A DNA stretch of 63,630 nt, the filler included, from Kipferlia bialata (Eukaryota): assembly GCA_003568945.1 (NCBI GenBank). It is 4 parts of 3 records of this genome, joined end to end, with 100 filler letters (N's around TTAATTAATTAA, not from the genome) between each part and the next. Parts side by side here need not be neighbours in the genome. Positions count along the whole stretch, not along the records: positions 27,775 to 46,596 come from BDIP01000066.1; 3 more parts are not named here. One strand, written 5' to 3'. This document shows, piece after piece, positions 28,232-41,228 of this stretch (positions within the stretch are counted from its first letter, which is position 1; each line of letters begins with the position of its first letter). A program made the position numbers and the translations under genes. Below the pieces are notes generated by a model. The model ran no database searches, was not told the origin of the DNA, and was given only the letters and a program-made list of their open reading frames with translations.

Positions 28232-28565
28232 ATGGCACAGGGTCAGCCGATGACTCACTCTCCTTCTCTCACTCACGCAGAGTGCTCTCTAATAGGGTCT
28301 GGTATGCGGGTATACAGGTGTTTGGAGGGATATAGAGCAAGGAAAGCACGGGTAGCGGCGTGGCTTAGAGAGTGAGGCAAGGCTCTCATTCTGAATTCTC
28401 TCGGCAAAAACACTAGATTGGTCTGTGGGGTGCAGTATCGTAACCATCTTACCTACTAACTACACTGAGTGTCTCTGTGAGAGAATAGAGGGATCCAACT
28501 ACTCTCTCCCCCTAGTGTACCCTCCAGCGAGTGGTTTAGTGTATTGGGCCTGCCTCTGCTAGGCC

Positions 28566-29132
28566 ATGGGTCTGTACCCAGTTGAGTTCAGACCAATCAG
28601 ACACACATTCAGGTCAGGGAGTCTCTCTCTCTCTCTCTCTCCCCCCCACCCACCTCTACCTTCTGACCCCTAACTGTGCTGCTAGTCACACATGGATCAG
28701 AACAGTCGTTGCGTTGTAAGGAGTGTCACAATACTGCTCTCTGTTGTGCCATTATAGTGTATATATACCCCCTCACCCCTTAGGGATGGGGATGTTGTAG
28801 ACTACGATGCCAGCAGGGATGAGATCATCCTGGTGAGGGACAGAGAGGTCCAGTTCCTGTCAGCCACGTCACACAGGTAGGCATGGGTGGTGCATATATA
28901 GGGGGTAGAGGGCTGGAGTAGTACTCGAGACTCTCTACCCGTGTCTCTCTCCTTCTCCCCCATGTGGCCTCTCACCCCTAGGGTATATAGCAGGATATCT
29001 GTCTATCTTAACGATATACATACATATATATGTATGTATAATAGTATACTCCCTTCCCACCCCCAGGGTGCATGGCCGGAGGGATGCCTCCCAGACTCAG
29101 TTCCAGGTGCCAGGGGCAAGGCTCGATGACCA
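28566..29132 (+). CDS. 5' three exons of an unknown protein (weak resemblance to RMC1/Mic1 N-terminal propeller); truncated at poly-C
   Basis: MGLYPVEFRPIRHTFR-DGDVVDYDASRDEIILVRDREVQFLSATSHR-VHGRRDASQTQFQVPGARLDDQ with phase-consistent splice sites. The family call is tentative. Confidence 0.5.
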
Positions 29133-29162
29133 GGTGGGACAGTGCATATGCGTACTCTTGTT

Positions 29163-29199
<37 letters not shown>

Positions 29200-29237
29200 C
29201 CCCCCCCTTACCCCACGCCCCCCCCCCCCCCCCCCAC

Positions 29238-32200
29238 CTGCGGCATGTCCAGCCAGCTGTATGGCGTCTGCCTTGTTGAGAGAGGTCTCCTCCCCCTGCT
29301 CCACACAGTACAACTTCGCCTTGTCCAGCCTTGTGCCCTGTGTATCAGACGCATCTGCCGCATCAGAGGAGGCATACCCAAACATGAGGGCCTCCCCTGT
29401 CCCAACCCTCCTAATCACCCTCTTGTCCACCCCCACTAAGGGGTTCCACATCTTGAGGATGGCAGAGCTCAGACAGTGGTGGGAGAGGGCATTGCGGACC
29501 TACGGTGAGAGTAAGGGGGGTCATACAGAGTAATGGGTGGTCATATCCAGGAACAACACCTACACGATAGCTTAAAAATCTTACATCACATGACCATGTA
29601 TATCTCACGATATACCAATACATACCAAGTAGGGAGGGAACACGCGGAGGAATGCAATTCCACCTCTCTCCTCGTTTCGGTCAAAGGTGAGCCCTATTCG
29701 GAGCTCTCTCTTGCCCGTGCTCCTGAGACAGACCTCGGGCATCACGTCCCTGCCTCTACCCTGGGGGTCCAGCAGGACTATGGGGGAGGAGGTGAAGGAC
29801 ACGTAGTCCTGGCTGAACCTCTCTATGCCTGTGGGGGTGGGCATGTCGAGGGAGAGCCTCAGCAGACACACCAGGTGCTGACTGGTGTTGACAAAGGGCA
29901 GGTCCTGGTTGGAGGAGGGGGGCACCTTGACGGAGAGCATGTCCTCAGGTGACCTCTTGGCACGGCCTATGGACATGTCCTCAGAGACACACAGGCTAAT
30001 GTGTATGGTGCAGGGGGTGTCGTTGGCCACACGCATGGCAGGCTGCAGGTCTATCTGCCGGAAAAAGTCAGTCTCTGCCGAGACAGAGCCAGGAACCGAT
30101 GAAACAGGACTCTCTGGCGATACCCCAGAAGCTATGTCTTCCACAGTAGTATCACCCCCCATGCCGACATCACTGCTGTCCAGGAAGGTGGACCCCACCC
30201 CCGCCTCCTCCTCGGAATGCACATGGTATATGTACAGGTCGTCCTTGACAGTGGACTTGTGCCGCCCCAGCTGACCCACAAGGTTCTTGTACATGCTGGG
30301 GGTAGAGTTGCCACAGTGCACGGTACCAACAACGTTGGAGTCCAACGGTATCGCGTAGTCGCTGTTGCTGTACGGATGGTCGGGAAGCGCACTGCTGGAC
30401 ATGTTGTAGGAGTGCCCCGAGTAGAACGTGTCCAGCACCTTGACTGTAGAGTTGGAGGCCACCTCTGCATTGGCAAACAGCTGAGGCAGGGCACGCTTGA
30501 TCTGGGGGGTGGAGGGCGTAGAGCTGCCCGATGTCAGCGACACCCTGACCCTGACCTGCCCCCCTGACCCCTCTCCCGAGTGTATCAGCGGTAGGTGCAG
30601 CATGCCACCAGGGGGCACCACCATGTTCCACTCGTCTGCCCTCAGCCCATCCTGGCCAGACCTCTTGCTCTCAAGGGACAGACGCACCTCGGTCAGACAC
30701 CGGTTGCGGATGACATACTGGGGTCAGGTGAGAACACCAATATAGCTCTCGAATATATATCCACCCAAGCACTATATATACTATATATTACATAGTGCGA
30801 TACAATATTTGTATATGTATTATTTATAATACATAATTATATATTACTGTCTATGTACCTTTGAGGACACTGCTATGAATGTCTGCCTCCCGACCTGTCT
30901 GACCCTGACAAACACAGGGACGGAGGGGGCGTCTATCCCAGAGGCAGGTCTGGGCACCACAGCATACTTGAACACACCGGGTGCAGAGATGGGGACAGCC
31001 AGAAGGGGCTGGGGTGGGGAGGGGAAAGGAGAATTATGAACAGTGGAGATATGTATTGAGATAGGTGAACACACACACCTCGAAGAGACACCCAAAGAGG
31101 ATGTCGACCACCCTCCGCCTCACCCCAACCCTCTCTCTCTCACGCTCACTCTGACCATCAGCACCAGCGTCACTGTCAGTGTCAGTGGTGGATGCATACA
31201 CGTCAAACTGCTCAATGCCCTTGTGTGCGACAAGTGCTACATGGTAGTCCTCGTCCACGGTCTGTGCGGCCACCCCCACTACCCTCCTAGCAGAGTGGAA
31301 GAGAGAGTCAGACAGGCCGTGCAGGGACTTGGTAGACAGGACACCGTCTGTCTGGGAGAGGTAGAGGGTGGGGCTGAGTCGGTCTGTCCGGCCGATCATG
31401 ACGAAGGGAAGGCCGGTGCGGTTGATGCACCTGAACTCTGCCAGCCCGAGCCCCCCCGACCCCTTCTTCGATGCCGACAGCAGGGTCTGCTCTGCCCCGT
31501 CTAGGGTGGTGGTCAGTCTGTGGGCCACCTTCTTCAGCCCAGCAGATACACCATGCTCACCTAGGAGGGTGGGCATGACGGACTTGGAGCTGCGGAGGGC
31601 TAAGAGTAGGAGAGCACTGTCCCCTGTCTCTAGGGCAGAGAGGGCGGCATATGCACACACCCTCAGGGCAATGCCCTTGCGGTCTCTCTTGTGCACACAG
31701 CGGTGGTTGCCATACTTGTTGGTCCTGGGGGTGAGTATGTTGTGGACGACCTAGACTAGCCATGCTGAGACTACACTACCCACACAATGGGTGCATACAC
31801 ATTCCAACCTGGCAGCAGTGAACAGTTCCCTGAAGGCCCCTATCTCCCTATTGGCCCCGCCCACCAGTAGCAGCAGCTCATCCTTATAGACACCTGTGAA
31901 GGCTAGGCCTATCTGTTCCTCGGTCAGCACACTTGGCTTGAAGAGAGCGGCAAGGGCCCTGGTGTTAGAACAAATGTAAATACGAATTCTCCACGTAGTA
32001 TAACACCCGTCCACTAGCAATATTGACACACCCACCTTGTTGTCTCGACCACAGCTGGGTCCAGAGAGACATCAGGACCCATGTGTATGTCTCCCTCGCC
32101 CCTCACCCCATCCCCCATGTCAGGCTCTGTTGCTAGGTCTGCAAGGCCAGCTGACAGGACACGGGAGGCAATGGAGAGAGCCGACACAGCCTGCTCTGGG

Positions 32201-35200
32201 AGGTGCACGTAGACGGTCCCCCCATCAGACCCCAGCACATTGAGGCACACCCTGGTGATGTCGAGTGTCTGTGCCCCCTCGTGGTCCCTCTTGGCCTGGG
32301 TCCTCCTCTGGGACAGGGACATGGAGGCAGTCACAGGCTGCATGAGGTTGTTGAACTTGAGGCTGGCCATGTCGAAGTATCTGGCCCTGAGTCCAGCCAC
32401 CATCTCTCCCGTCAGTGTATCAGCCCTTCTCTTCATGACTCCAGACACATCGGTCAGGGACACCTCCACTAGGGGGTGGTTGACAGGCGACGTCAGCAGC
32501 ACAGAGACAGGCTGGGTACGGACAGAGACGTTCAGGAAGGTGGGTCCTACTGTCTCGTCCTCATCGTAGGGTTCCTCTGATGCCCACCCCCCAGACTCGT
32601 ACTCACTGTATGCCCCTGATACTGATGTGGCTGTGGACTCTGCCATGCCATCTACCAGAGAGGACAGGGCCTCCTTGGGCACGTTCAGGAGGGCATGGAT
32701 CTCAGAGGAGGACAGACGAAGGGACACAGCAGTCTCAACCAGAGCTGACATGTCCATGAACCTACAGTGAGTATTACTATCTGTATTGATACACTAATAC
32801 ACTGATTAATGATACACTCTTGATACACTGACATGTCCATGAACCTTAGGGGTGAGGAGAGAGGTATCAGCCAGGGTAATATGGAGTAGTGCTATCAAAG
32901 TCTTCTGTCATACCTAGTTTGGGATAGGGTCTCCGCTATGGCCAGGGCGTCTGCCTGGGGGAATGCCAGCCTGAGTGCCACGGGGTCAGCCTCCAGTGAC
33001 TGTTGGGAGTATGCAACCAGAAGGCTGGACGAGTTGAGCACCTTCATGTCGGACCTGGTGTCAGAATAAGTATCTACTAGTATTGAAGGGGGGGGGGGGG
33101 ATTGTCGATCATAGCAGAGGAAATTATTGGAAGACGGTTTCTCGAGTCTATGACACCCGACCCAGCCAACCCACCTCTGCCCCCCCTGGTTGAGTATGTG
33201 GATGTCCATCTTGTGGAGCTCGGTGTCGATCCTGGTGTCCTGGGCAGTTCCCCTCTGGAACTGGTGCTTGACCACCTCCAGACTGAGGGTGGCGGCAGTG
33301 TCCACAAGCACAATGGCACCCTCCGCAGAGAACACCTGCGTCAGTGGGTGGTCGTTATGGTAGTATGAGCGATGATACACAAAGAGTACAGTTGTGTGTA
33401 TTTGTCTACCCCACCTGTGCTGGCACCATGACCTGTATGCAGGTGTGCACTGTGGCCTTGATGGCCGATGCCCCTGGGACTGTGCTGCCCAGTAGGGTGG
33501 AGTACCCAGTCAGGGTGGGCCTCTCCACAGACACAGACCGGATCTCACCCATCACCTCACCCTCTACGGTATCTCTGTTAAGGGGAAGGAAGCGGGAGAG
33601 AGAGTGGAAGAGAGGGTGGTTGTCACTATCTGGCACCACCTCGTCCTCTCTGTCAATGGGGAAGCATAGTCTGGCGCCCTCGTCCACATGGCCTGTACCA
33701 GTGCCACACTCAGTGTCACCACTGCCAACGGCTGAGGTGTGGGTGGTACCCCGGTGGGTGACAGCCCCCTTGGAGGAAGAGCTGAAGAACTCAGCCACCC
33801 CCGCTAGGGATGGGGCCACAGCAGTGACACCCACCAGAGAGGTGGTTACATCTATGACCAGGTCTCCTGTTCTGCTGTTCACCAGCACCTTGAAGGAGAG
33901 GGGGGGTGTCCCGGCCTCTTCCGTCCTGGTAAGGTGGAGGAGGCGTCTGAACCTGGGTGCTATCTGAACGTATGTCCTGTTGTCCATGACAGACAGCCTC
34001 TGGGCCACCTCGATTGAGCACTGGGTCTCTCCCTCCCCCTTTGCCATAGTCACTGCTAGACCCTCCACCTCACACTCAAAGGCACCCTCGTCCCTGCCCC
34101 CGTCGAAGGACAGGCTCAACAACAATGAGGGGACACACACCTGGCAGAACAGAGAGGTGCCTTCAGAAGAGGGCAGGGTGCCCACGAGGTTGTCCATCTG
34201 AGTCAGACATGCTTGGTTATTACTGTATACCATATTCCACTCCAGCACCCACCTTCGACACGAATGACCTGGACAGAGACTGCAGGGACTCCTGCACCTC
34301 TGCCGTTGTCCTCTTCCTCTTATCGGTCAGGGCATCCCCCCCGATGTTGGTGTTGCTGTCTGTGAACGATGTCAGGAACAGGTACTGCAGTCTGGTGGCA
34401 GACAGCACGACAGGCCCAGGGTCAGCGGCAGTGGCACCCTCAGTCTCCTCACTACCCTCCTGGTGCAGGGTGAGCCTCACACTGGTATCTGCAACAGATG
34501 CCTAGGGGGTGAGATATGGTGAAAATGAGAGACATGTATCTACATAGCTACGTACCTGGGCACTGGCGGGACATGCAATGGGGCTCTCCACCGACATACT
34601 AACTGTAAAGGGGTCCAGGAACTGCTGGCACTCCTCCATCTCGCCCTGTCCCCCAGGTGCGGCAACACAGGTGGAGGTCTCACCCACAACGTCTGAGAGT
34701 GCGAACTGCAGGGTCTTGACAGGGTATGGGTTGGCCTCAGACCCTGCCACCTTGTATCTAGTGACTACAGACATGGTGGTGCCAGAGACCCTGGGGGTGA
34801 GAGAGGCTGATGGGTGTGACAGCACAATGTCTCAATACCAATGTCCACCCGTACCTCACGTGGTCTGCCTCTTCATCTTTATGGGGCACTATGACCTCAG
34901 GCACCAGGCCGCAAAGGGATATGTCCACAAGCTCGGGGTCTGCCAGACTCACCAGTGCCTGTACCATCTGGGTCTGGACATTGGACACATACTCACCAGA
35001 GCGCTGCAGCATGGACCTGATACCTAGGGTGAGGGTCAATATCATAGGCAATGTGTATGAAGGAGGGGGGGAATAGTAGACACTGCTAGACTGTCACACT
35101 ACTAGCGAACCATACCTGCGGCATCGTCCTCCTGGGCAGAGAAGAAGTTGAGCACCCTGTCAAAGAACCTCGCGCTGTACACCACCCTCAGCCTCTGCTT

Positions 35201-38200
35201 CACCTCCACAGCCACCTCTGAGGAGTATGGGCTGGAGGGGCACATCAGCAGGGACACCCTGAGGAGCTCATGCAGCCCCTCAGGCCTCTCTGACTCTGGC
35301 ATGTCTGGAGTGTAGGTGTCTAGTGACTCCACACAGGACACAATGTCGGTGCGGTACACATCCTCTCTGCAGTCCATGGCCGTCAGACCCCCCAGGCCCA
35401 TGTCGCAGTGTGTACTACCATCAGTGCACAGGGTCAGGGTGCCCTGGGTGTCGGACAGCTCGAAGGAGGCCACAGGGCCATCTGCTGTACTTAGGTGGAG
35501 GGAGGCACCGGATAGGCACACCTTGGCTCTCACCCTAGGGGTGCAGGGTACCTGTAGGTGTTGCATCTGGGACTCAGTATTATCATCGTCCCCATCCGTG
35601 TAGAGATTGCGGATGGTGTCGAACACCGATGTGTTGACATGCTTCTGTAGATCGTTGAGGGTCAGGACGTCCTGCGACTGGCTGATGGACAGTCTCTGGT
35701 GGTAGCCGGTGAAGGACTCGCCCACATTCAGAATGCGCATGGTGTCATCGTACAGAGACGACAGTCTGTTGACACTCTCTCTGGCTAGGTGCACTGACAG
35801 AGGGGCCACCGTGAGACTCATGTCCTGGCACTGTGTCTCCCCCAGCTGCTGAGACCCAAAGAGGGCAGCGACGTTGGTGGGAACAGTATAATCAACGGCC
35901 AGCAGAGTGTGCTCCCCTCCACCCGAGAGGATAGGTCTACTCTCGTGGTCCTCCACCAGCACTCCCCCGAGGGATATGCTGCCCTCGGTGTGGGTGGCAT
36001 GGACAGCGGCCCTGGGGGTGGGGGACAAGGCTACTAACACTAACAGATATACTGCAATACAACAGTCATATGTATATACGCATTACTATATCTCATATAC
36101 ATCATACCTGGCAGTGATGTCCGTGACAGCAGCAGCAAACTCGCGCTCCCCCTCCTCTCCAAACACTATGCCCAGCCTCTGTACCGACACATCCACCACA
36201 GTGAATGTGAACCGGCCTAGAAGGTCATCGTCGAGCCCGTCTGCCCTGAAGATAGAGGCAATGTACTCGGTCCAGTCCTCAGGCCCCTCTCCCTCCCCCT
36301 CACTCACAGCCTCTGGGGAGGTGGTCTGAGATGAAGAGGGAGAGGAGGAAGCAGAGGCTAGGTCACTGGTGCTCATGCGAGAGGCCCCTTCTGCCAGCAG
36401 TTCCACCTTGCTCTTGACGGCAGAGGACAGACCATTAACCACACCCAGGGACCCAAGGAGGGACTAGGGTCAGAAACAGAGTGGATAGTATGGTGCTGTT
36501 GAGGGACTGTCTCACTCACCTTGTGGGAAACGTCCAGACAGAGTCCGTCCAGGGCTGCACTCAGGTGCACTCTGGGGACATCGACACCCCCTAGGCTCCT
36601 GCCCACAAAGAGTTCCGTCGACACTCCCGACAGCAGAGACTGACATCCAGCGTCAGAGGGAACAGGGGGTGATCCAGGGGGTACGGCTTGGACAAAGAGA
36701 GAGAAGGCAGCCTGCGAAGGACAGAAGCAGACCTCTGTATCCTGATGATCAGATTCTGTATATATGGGGACTAAACACAAAGACTTGACTCCTTACCTGG
36801 AAGGCCACTGAATATGTGTCGTAGCAGGAGGGTCTCAGGGTGGAGGGGTCTCTGCCCCCAGCCAGAGAGTCCAGGAAGGTGTTACAGGACACCTGGTCAG
36901 ATGCAGTGAGGCGTCCTAGGTTGATGACCAGCACTCCTATGTCTGGGTCACCAATGTGACTGGCAGAGGGCACAGCCACAATGGGGGCAGAGAGGGACAC
37001 GTCCACATGGGCAGTGCGAACCTGAGGGGTAGGGGGAGACAGGGCGAAGTGGATATATAGAACACATGTGCGGTACCTGCTGCGTGGCTGAGCTGAAGAG
37101 GTCTCTGGCAAAGTCAGAGAGGGCCTGTCGGTCCAGCCCTGTCTGCTCTAGAAGGGTCTCTGGTGCCTCGGGGTCTGCGTCCCACCCCGACACCTCAGGA
37201 GAGGGAGAGGGAGAGAGGGAGTCTGACAGGATGGAGTCCAGCTGGCACATGACCCTGTCAGCCAGTCTCTGGGACCTGACATGAACAGAAGGGGGTGGGG
37301 GGGGTACGAGGTTGAAAATACTATATACACATATACAGAATCACTGATATACCCACCTAGACACGAATGCCGGGGGTGCTATCACCAGCAGAGGCAGGGA
37401 CTGGAGTGACACCGAACCCATGTCCCTGGTGGACTTGAGGTTGATGTCGAAGTCTAGCGACAGGAAGGACTTGAGGTCTCCCTCTCCCTCCATGTGTGCA
37501 GACCCTCTGTTCAGAGTAGATACCAGCTCTTGATAGACAACGTCTGAGTCCTCGTCACGCAGAGTCACGCAGTCAATACTGGCACGGCCTGGAATGAGTG
37601 TATACAAATGAATAATGAAAACAAATATTCTTAATCGATTTGGCAGGAAGAGGAGCATATACACACACACATATATATATATATAGTGTATATGTGCGGG
37701 CATCTCTATACCTGTGAGCTGATGGGTGGAAGACAGCACCATGTCGACGTCTAATCCAGACACGTGCAGAGATGCGACCGGTGTGACCGAGTACGGCCCT
37801 CCCACGTCGTGTATGGATGCCCTCTGCCACCCCTTCAGCTGCACTGACCCATCTCTCATGACAGCGTCCAGGGCAGTGCGGCTCCTGCCCGTCCCGTGCT
37901 CAGCCACCACCACATCCACACTCTCTAAGGCAAGGTCCAGACACAGAGTGCGCCCACTCTCACTCTCCTCAGGCTCCTCCTCAGGCTCCACCCACAGCCT
38001 CTCGATGTCTGTGGCCGATACCCCCATACTCACACTGATACTGCCCAGTGCCGCCTTGCGCTCCTTGCGGGAGAGGCCTGCCAACCCCAGCAGCCCCTGC
38101 TCCTTGAGTCTAGAGACAGCCACCTGCCTCAGCTGCACCACATGGGACACAGGGAGCCACTTCTCCAGGGACAGCTGGAGTGCCTCTCCATGGGTACCTA

Positions 38201-39426
38201 GGTCGGCACTCTTGACACCCAGGTCTGCGGCCAGTCTCTTGTAATACATGTTGATGTAGGATGCCCTGAAGTCACCGGCCAGATGTGAGTCTCTCTCCAC
38301 CTTGCACCTTCTCTCGACATGCACAGACAGAGGCAGCACACTGGTCACACGCCTGTACAGCTGTAGCAGGGCCAGTAGCTGGTGGTCACTCAGTGCCACC
38401 TGCAGCGCAGAGAGAGAGAGGGCTGCTGTTATGCCCGACAGCCCCCCAACCTTGGACAGGGACAGGTGTACCTCAGCAGACACGGGCTGCACTACCATAT
38501 CCAGCCCACAGGACGTGGGGTCACTCAGCAGACGTCTCAGGAAGAGCGTCTGGAGAGAGGGGTCGTTGCAGGAGGAGACAGCTGAGAAGTGGGGGTCAGC
38601 ATACACACAGAAGTTCTTGAGAGATAGAAGCTTTCTAACGGCGCCCTTCTCCACAGACCCGTCCTCCGGCTCCTCTCTCTCCTCTCTCTCCTCTCTCTCT
38701 GCCATACTATCATCCCCATCGCCATGGTCGGGAGAGTGGCCCCCATCTGGGTCCCACCCCTGGCTGGCATTGCACATGGTCAGACACTCCACCATAGTAC
38801 CCACGCAGAGGGGGGACGCACAGTCAGACGTGTCCTCAAACCTAGGGTTAGAGACATATACATTACAAGTAGTGTAGTATAAATATATACCAATATATAT
38901 GCTGAGAGGAACCACATGGGCATACCGGATGTGTAGGTCTGTCAGCTCTATCTTGAGGTTGTTCACAATCAGTGGGGTCAGCTTCGACGTCACAGAGGAG
39001 ACCATCCTGAAGGGTTGGATTAGACAGGTAAAGAGAGTACACAATACATAGGAGTCAACACCAGACCAACACCACCCACCTTGAGAATATGCCTGCGTCG
39101 CTCTTCCCCCTGATCTCCTCGACCTGTCTCACGTGCATGTCATCCAGCTCCTTGGCCTTGGCCTCGAGACTCCTGTCCAGGGCAGCCTCCACCACCTCAG
39201 CGGAGTAGGCCCCGGCATCAGGGCCGGGGGGCTCTAGCAGCACCAGCACCCCGTGGCACTGCACCCTGACCCCCCTGCTGGGCTTGGACCACGGTATGTC
39301 CACCACCAGCCTGTCCACCACCCCATACCTCACACTCAGGCCGGGGAAGAGACTCACCAGGGCCGACCGGTTGACAAGGACATTCTTGAGCTCAAGGTGG
39401 CCGGATCTAATGCTGACAGAGAGGTC
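29238..39426 (-). CDS. VPS13: VPS13 family lipid-transfer protein; first exon(s) in gap, C-terminus missing
   Basis: Chorein-N motif DLSVSIRSGHLELKNVLVN...VRYGVVDRLVVDIPW, then LIVNNLKIELTDLHIRFED and KLLSLKNFCVY. Long beta-groove repeats; ARYFDMASLKFNNLMQPV precedes VAB-like repeats (RVANDTP, VFPPYL). Confidence 0.9.
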
Positions 39427-39540
39427 CTGAGAGTGAGATACATTACTGAAGAAACACGGGAGCGAAACAGAAGAGGAGAGGAACGTGTCAAGAGAACAGG
39501 TGAGAAAGTCAATCGAACGAGAGAGATGAAAAGTATGGCT

Positions 39541-39590
<50 letters not shown>

Positions 39591-39603
39591 AGGGGAGAAA
39601 AAG

Positions 39604-40578
39604 NNNNNNNNNNNNNNNNNNNNNNNNNNNNNNNNNNNNNNNNNNNNNNNNNNNNNNNNNNNNNNNNNNNNNNNNNNNNNNNNNNNNNNNNNNNNNNNNN
39701 NNNNNNNNNNNNNNNNNNNNNNNNNNNNNNNNNNNNNNNNNNNNNNNNNNNNNNNNNNNNNNNNNNNNNNNNNNNNNNNNNNNNNNNNNNNNNNNNNNNN
39801 NNNNNNNNNNNNNNNNNNNNNNNNNNNNNNNNNNNNNNNNNNNNNNNNNNNNNNNNNNNNNNNNNNNNNNNNNNNNNNNNNNNNNNNNNNNNNNNNNNNN
39901 NNNNNNNNNNNNNNNNNNNNNNNNNNNNNNNNNNNNNNNNNNNNNNNNNNNNNNNNNNNNNNNNNNNNNNNNNNNNNNNNNNNNNNNNNNNNNNNNNNNN
40001 NNNNNNNNNNNNNNNNNNNNNNNNNNNNNNNNNNNNNNNNNNNNNNNNNNNNNNNNNNNNNNNNNNNNNNNNNNNNNNNNNNNNNNNNNNNNNNNNNNNN
40101 NNNNNNNNNNNNNNNNNNNNNNNNNNNNNNNNNNNNNNNNNNNNNNNNNNNNNNNNNNNNNNNNNNNNNNNNNNNNNNNNNNNNNNNNNNNNNNNNNNNN
40201 NNNNNNNNNNNNNNNNNNNNNNNNNNNNNNNNNNNNNNNNNNNNNNNNNNNNNNNNNNNNNNNNNNNNNNNNNNNNNNNNNNNNNNNNNNNNNNNNNNNN
40301 NNNNNNNNNNNNNNNNNNNNNNNNNNNNNNNNNNNNNNNNNNNNNNNNNNNNNNNNNNNNNNNNNNNNNNNNNNNNNNNNNNNNNNNNNNNNNNNNNNNN
40401 NNNNNNNNNNNNNNNNNNNNNNNNNNNNNNNNNNNNNNNNNNNNNNNNNNNNNNNNNNNNNNNNNNNNNNNNNNNNNNNNNNNNNNNNNNNNNNNNNNNN
40501 NNNNNNNNNNNNNNNNNNNNNNNNNNNNNNNNNNNNNNNNNNNNNNNNNNNNNNNNNNNNNNNNNNNNNNNNNNNNNN
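39604..40578. other. Sized assembly gap (about 975 N) flanked by poly-G
   Basis: N run with G homopolymers on both sides. Confidence 0.98.
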
Positions 40579-40592
40579 GGGGGGGGGGGGGG

Positions 40593-40627
<35 letters not shown>

Positions 40628-40706
40628 GCAACAGAGACATGGACTTGGGTAGTCACACAACTTTACACCTTGACCAAGGTATTAACGCTATTCAATTACC
40701 ACTTAC

Positions 40707-40799
40707 ATCGCTCACATCCGCAGGTCCAAGGTCAGAGCAGGTACAGAGAGCAGAGCCCACTAGCAGGAGCGCCAGTAGTACAATGTGAGGTACACGCAT
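40707..40799 (-). CDS. First exon of a signal-peptide-bearing protein running into the gap
   Basis: MRVPHIVLLALLLVGSALCTCSDLGPAD followed by GTGAGC/GTAAGT donor candidates. Confidence 0.5.
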
Positions 40800-41228
40800 T
40801 GCAAGACCTGTAAACAGAAGAAGACTGGGGCAAACCAGACTTAACTTTCTGCTAATTATGGTCATATTATCTTATGGAAGTGTTGGTCCTGGTTCTACTG
40901 ATAATGAACCCACGTGCTGCTAAGACCTCTGCTGAGTTGGGTAATATACAAGGATGAGATGCTAAATATGCGCATACTCATGGGTCTGGGTGCAGATACG
41001 ACCAAAAATAGATATTCCCAGTTTATGACTTAGGGTCAACAATAAAATCGGTTTCCATGCTCCAATGATTGGTGATGATTGGCTGGTGATGCCCTCATCC
41101 TTCAAAGTGCCTTGATAGCGGCTTCAAGTACGCAGAGAGATAACTAATTCCTCAAGATCTCTCTCAATCACGCTCCAGAACGATTAATCTATAGCTAGAG
41201 CTCCAATACACGATACTTACTCGTGAAC

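Noticed and set aside
39055..40788. Long ORFs of 383-533 aa
   Set aside because: Read-through of N gap and poly-G; only the VPS13 exon is real.
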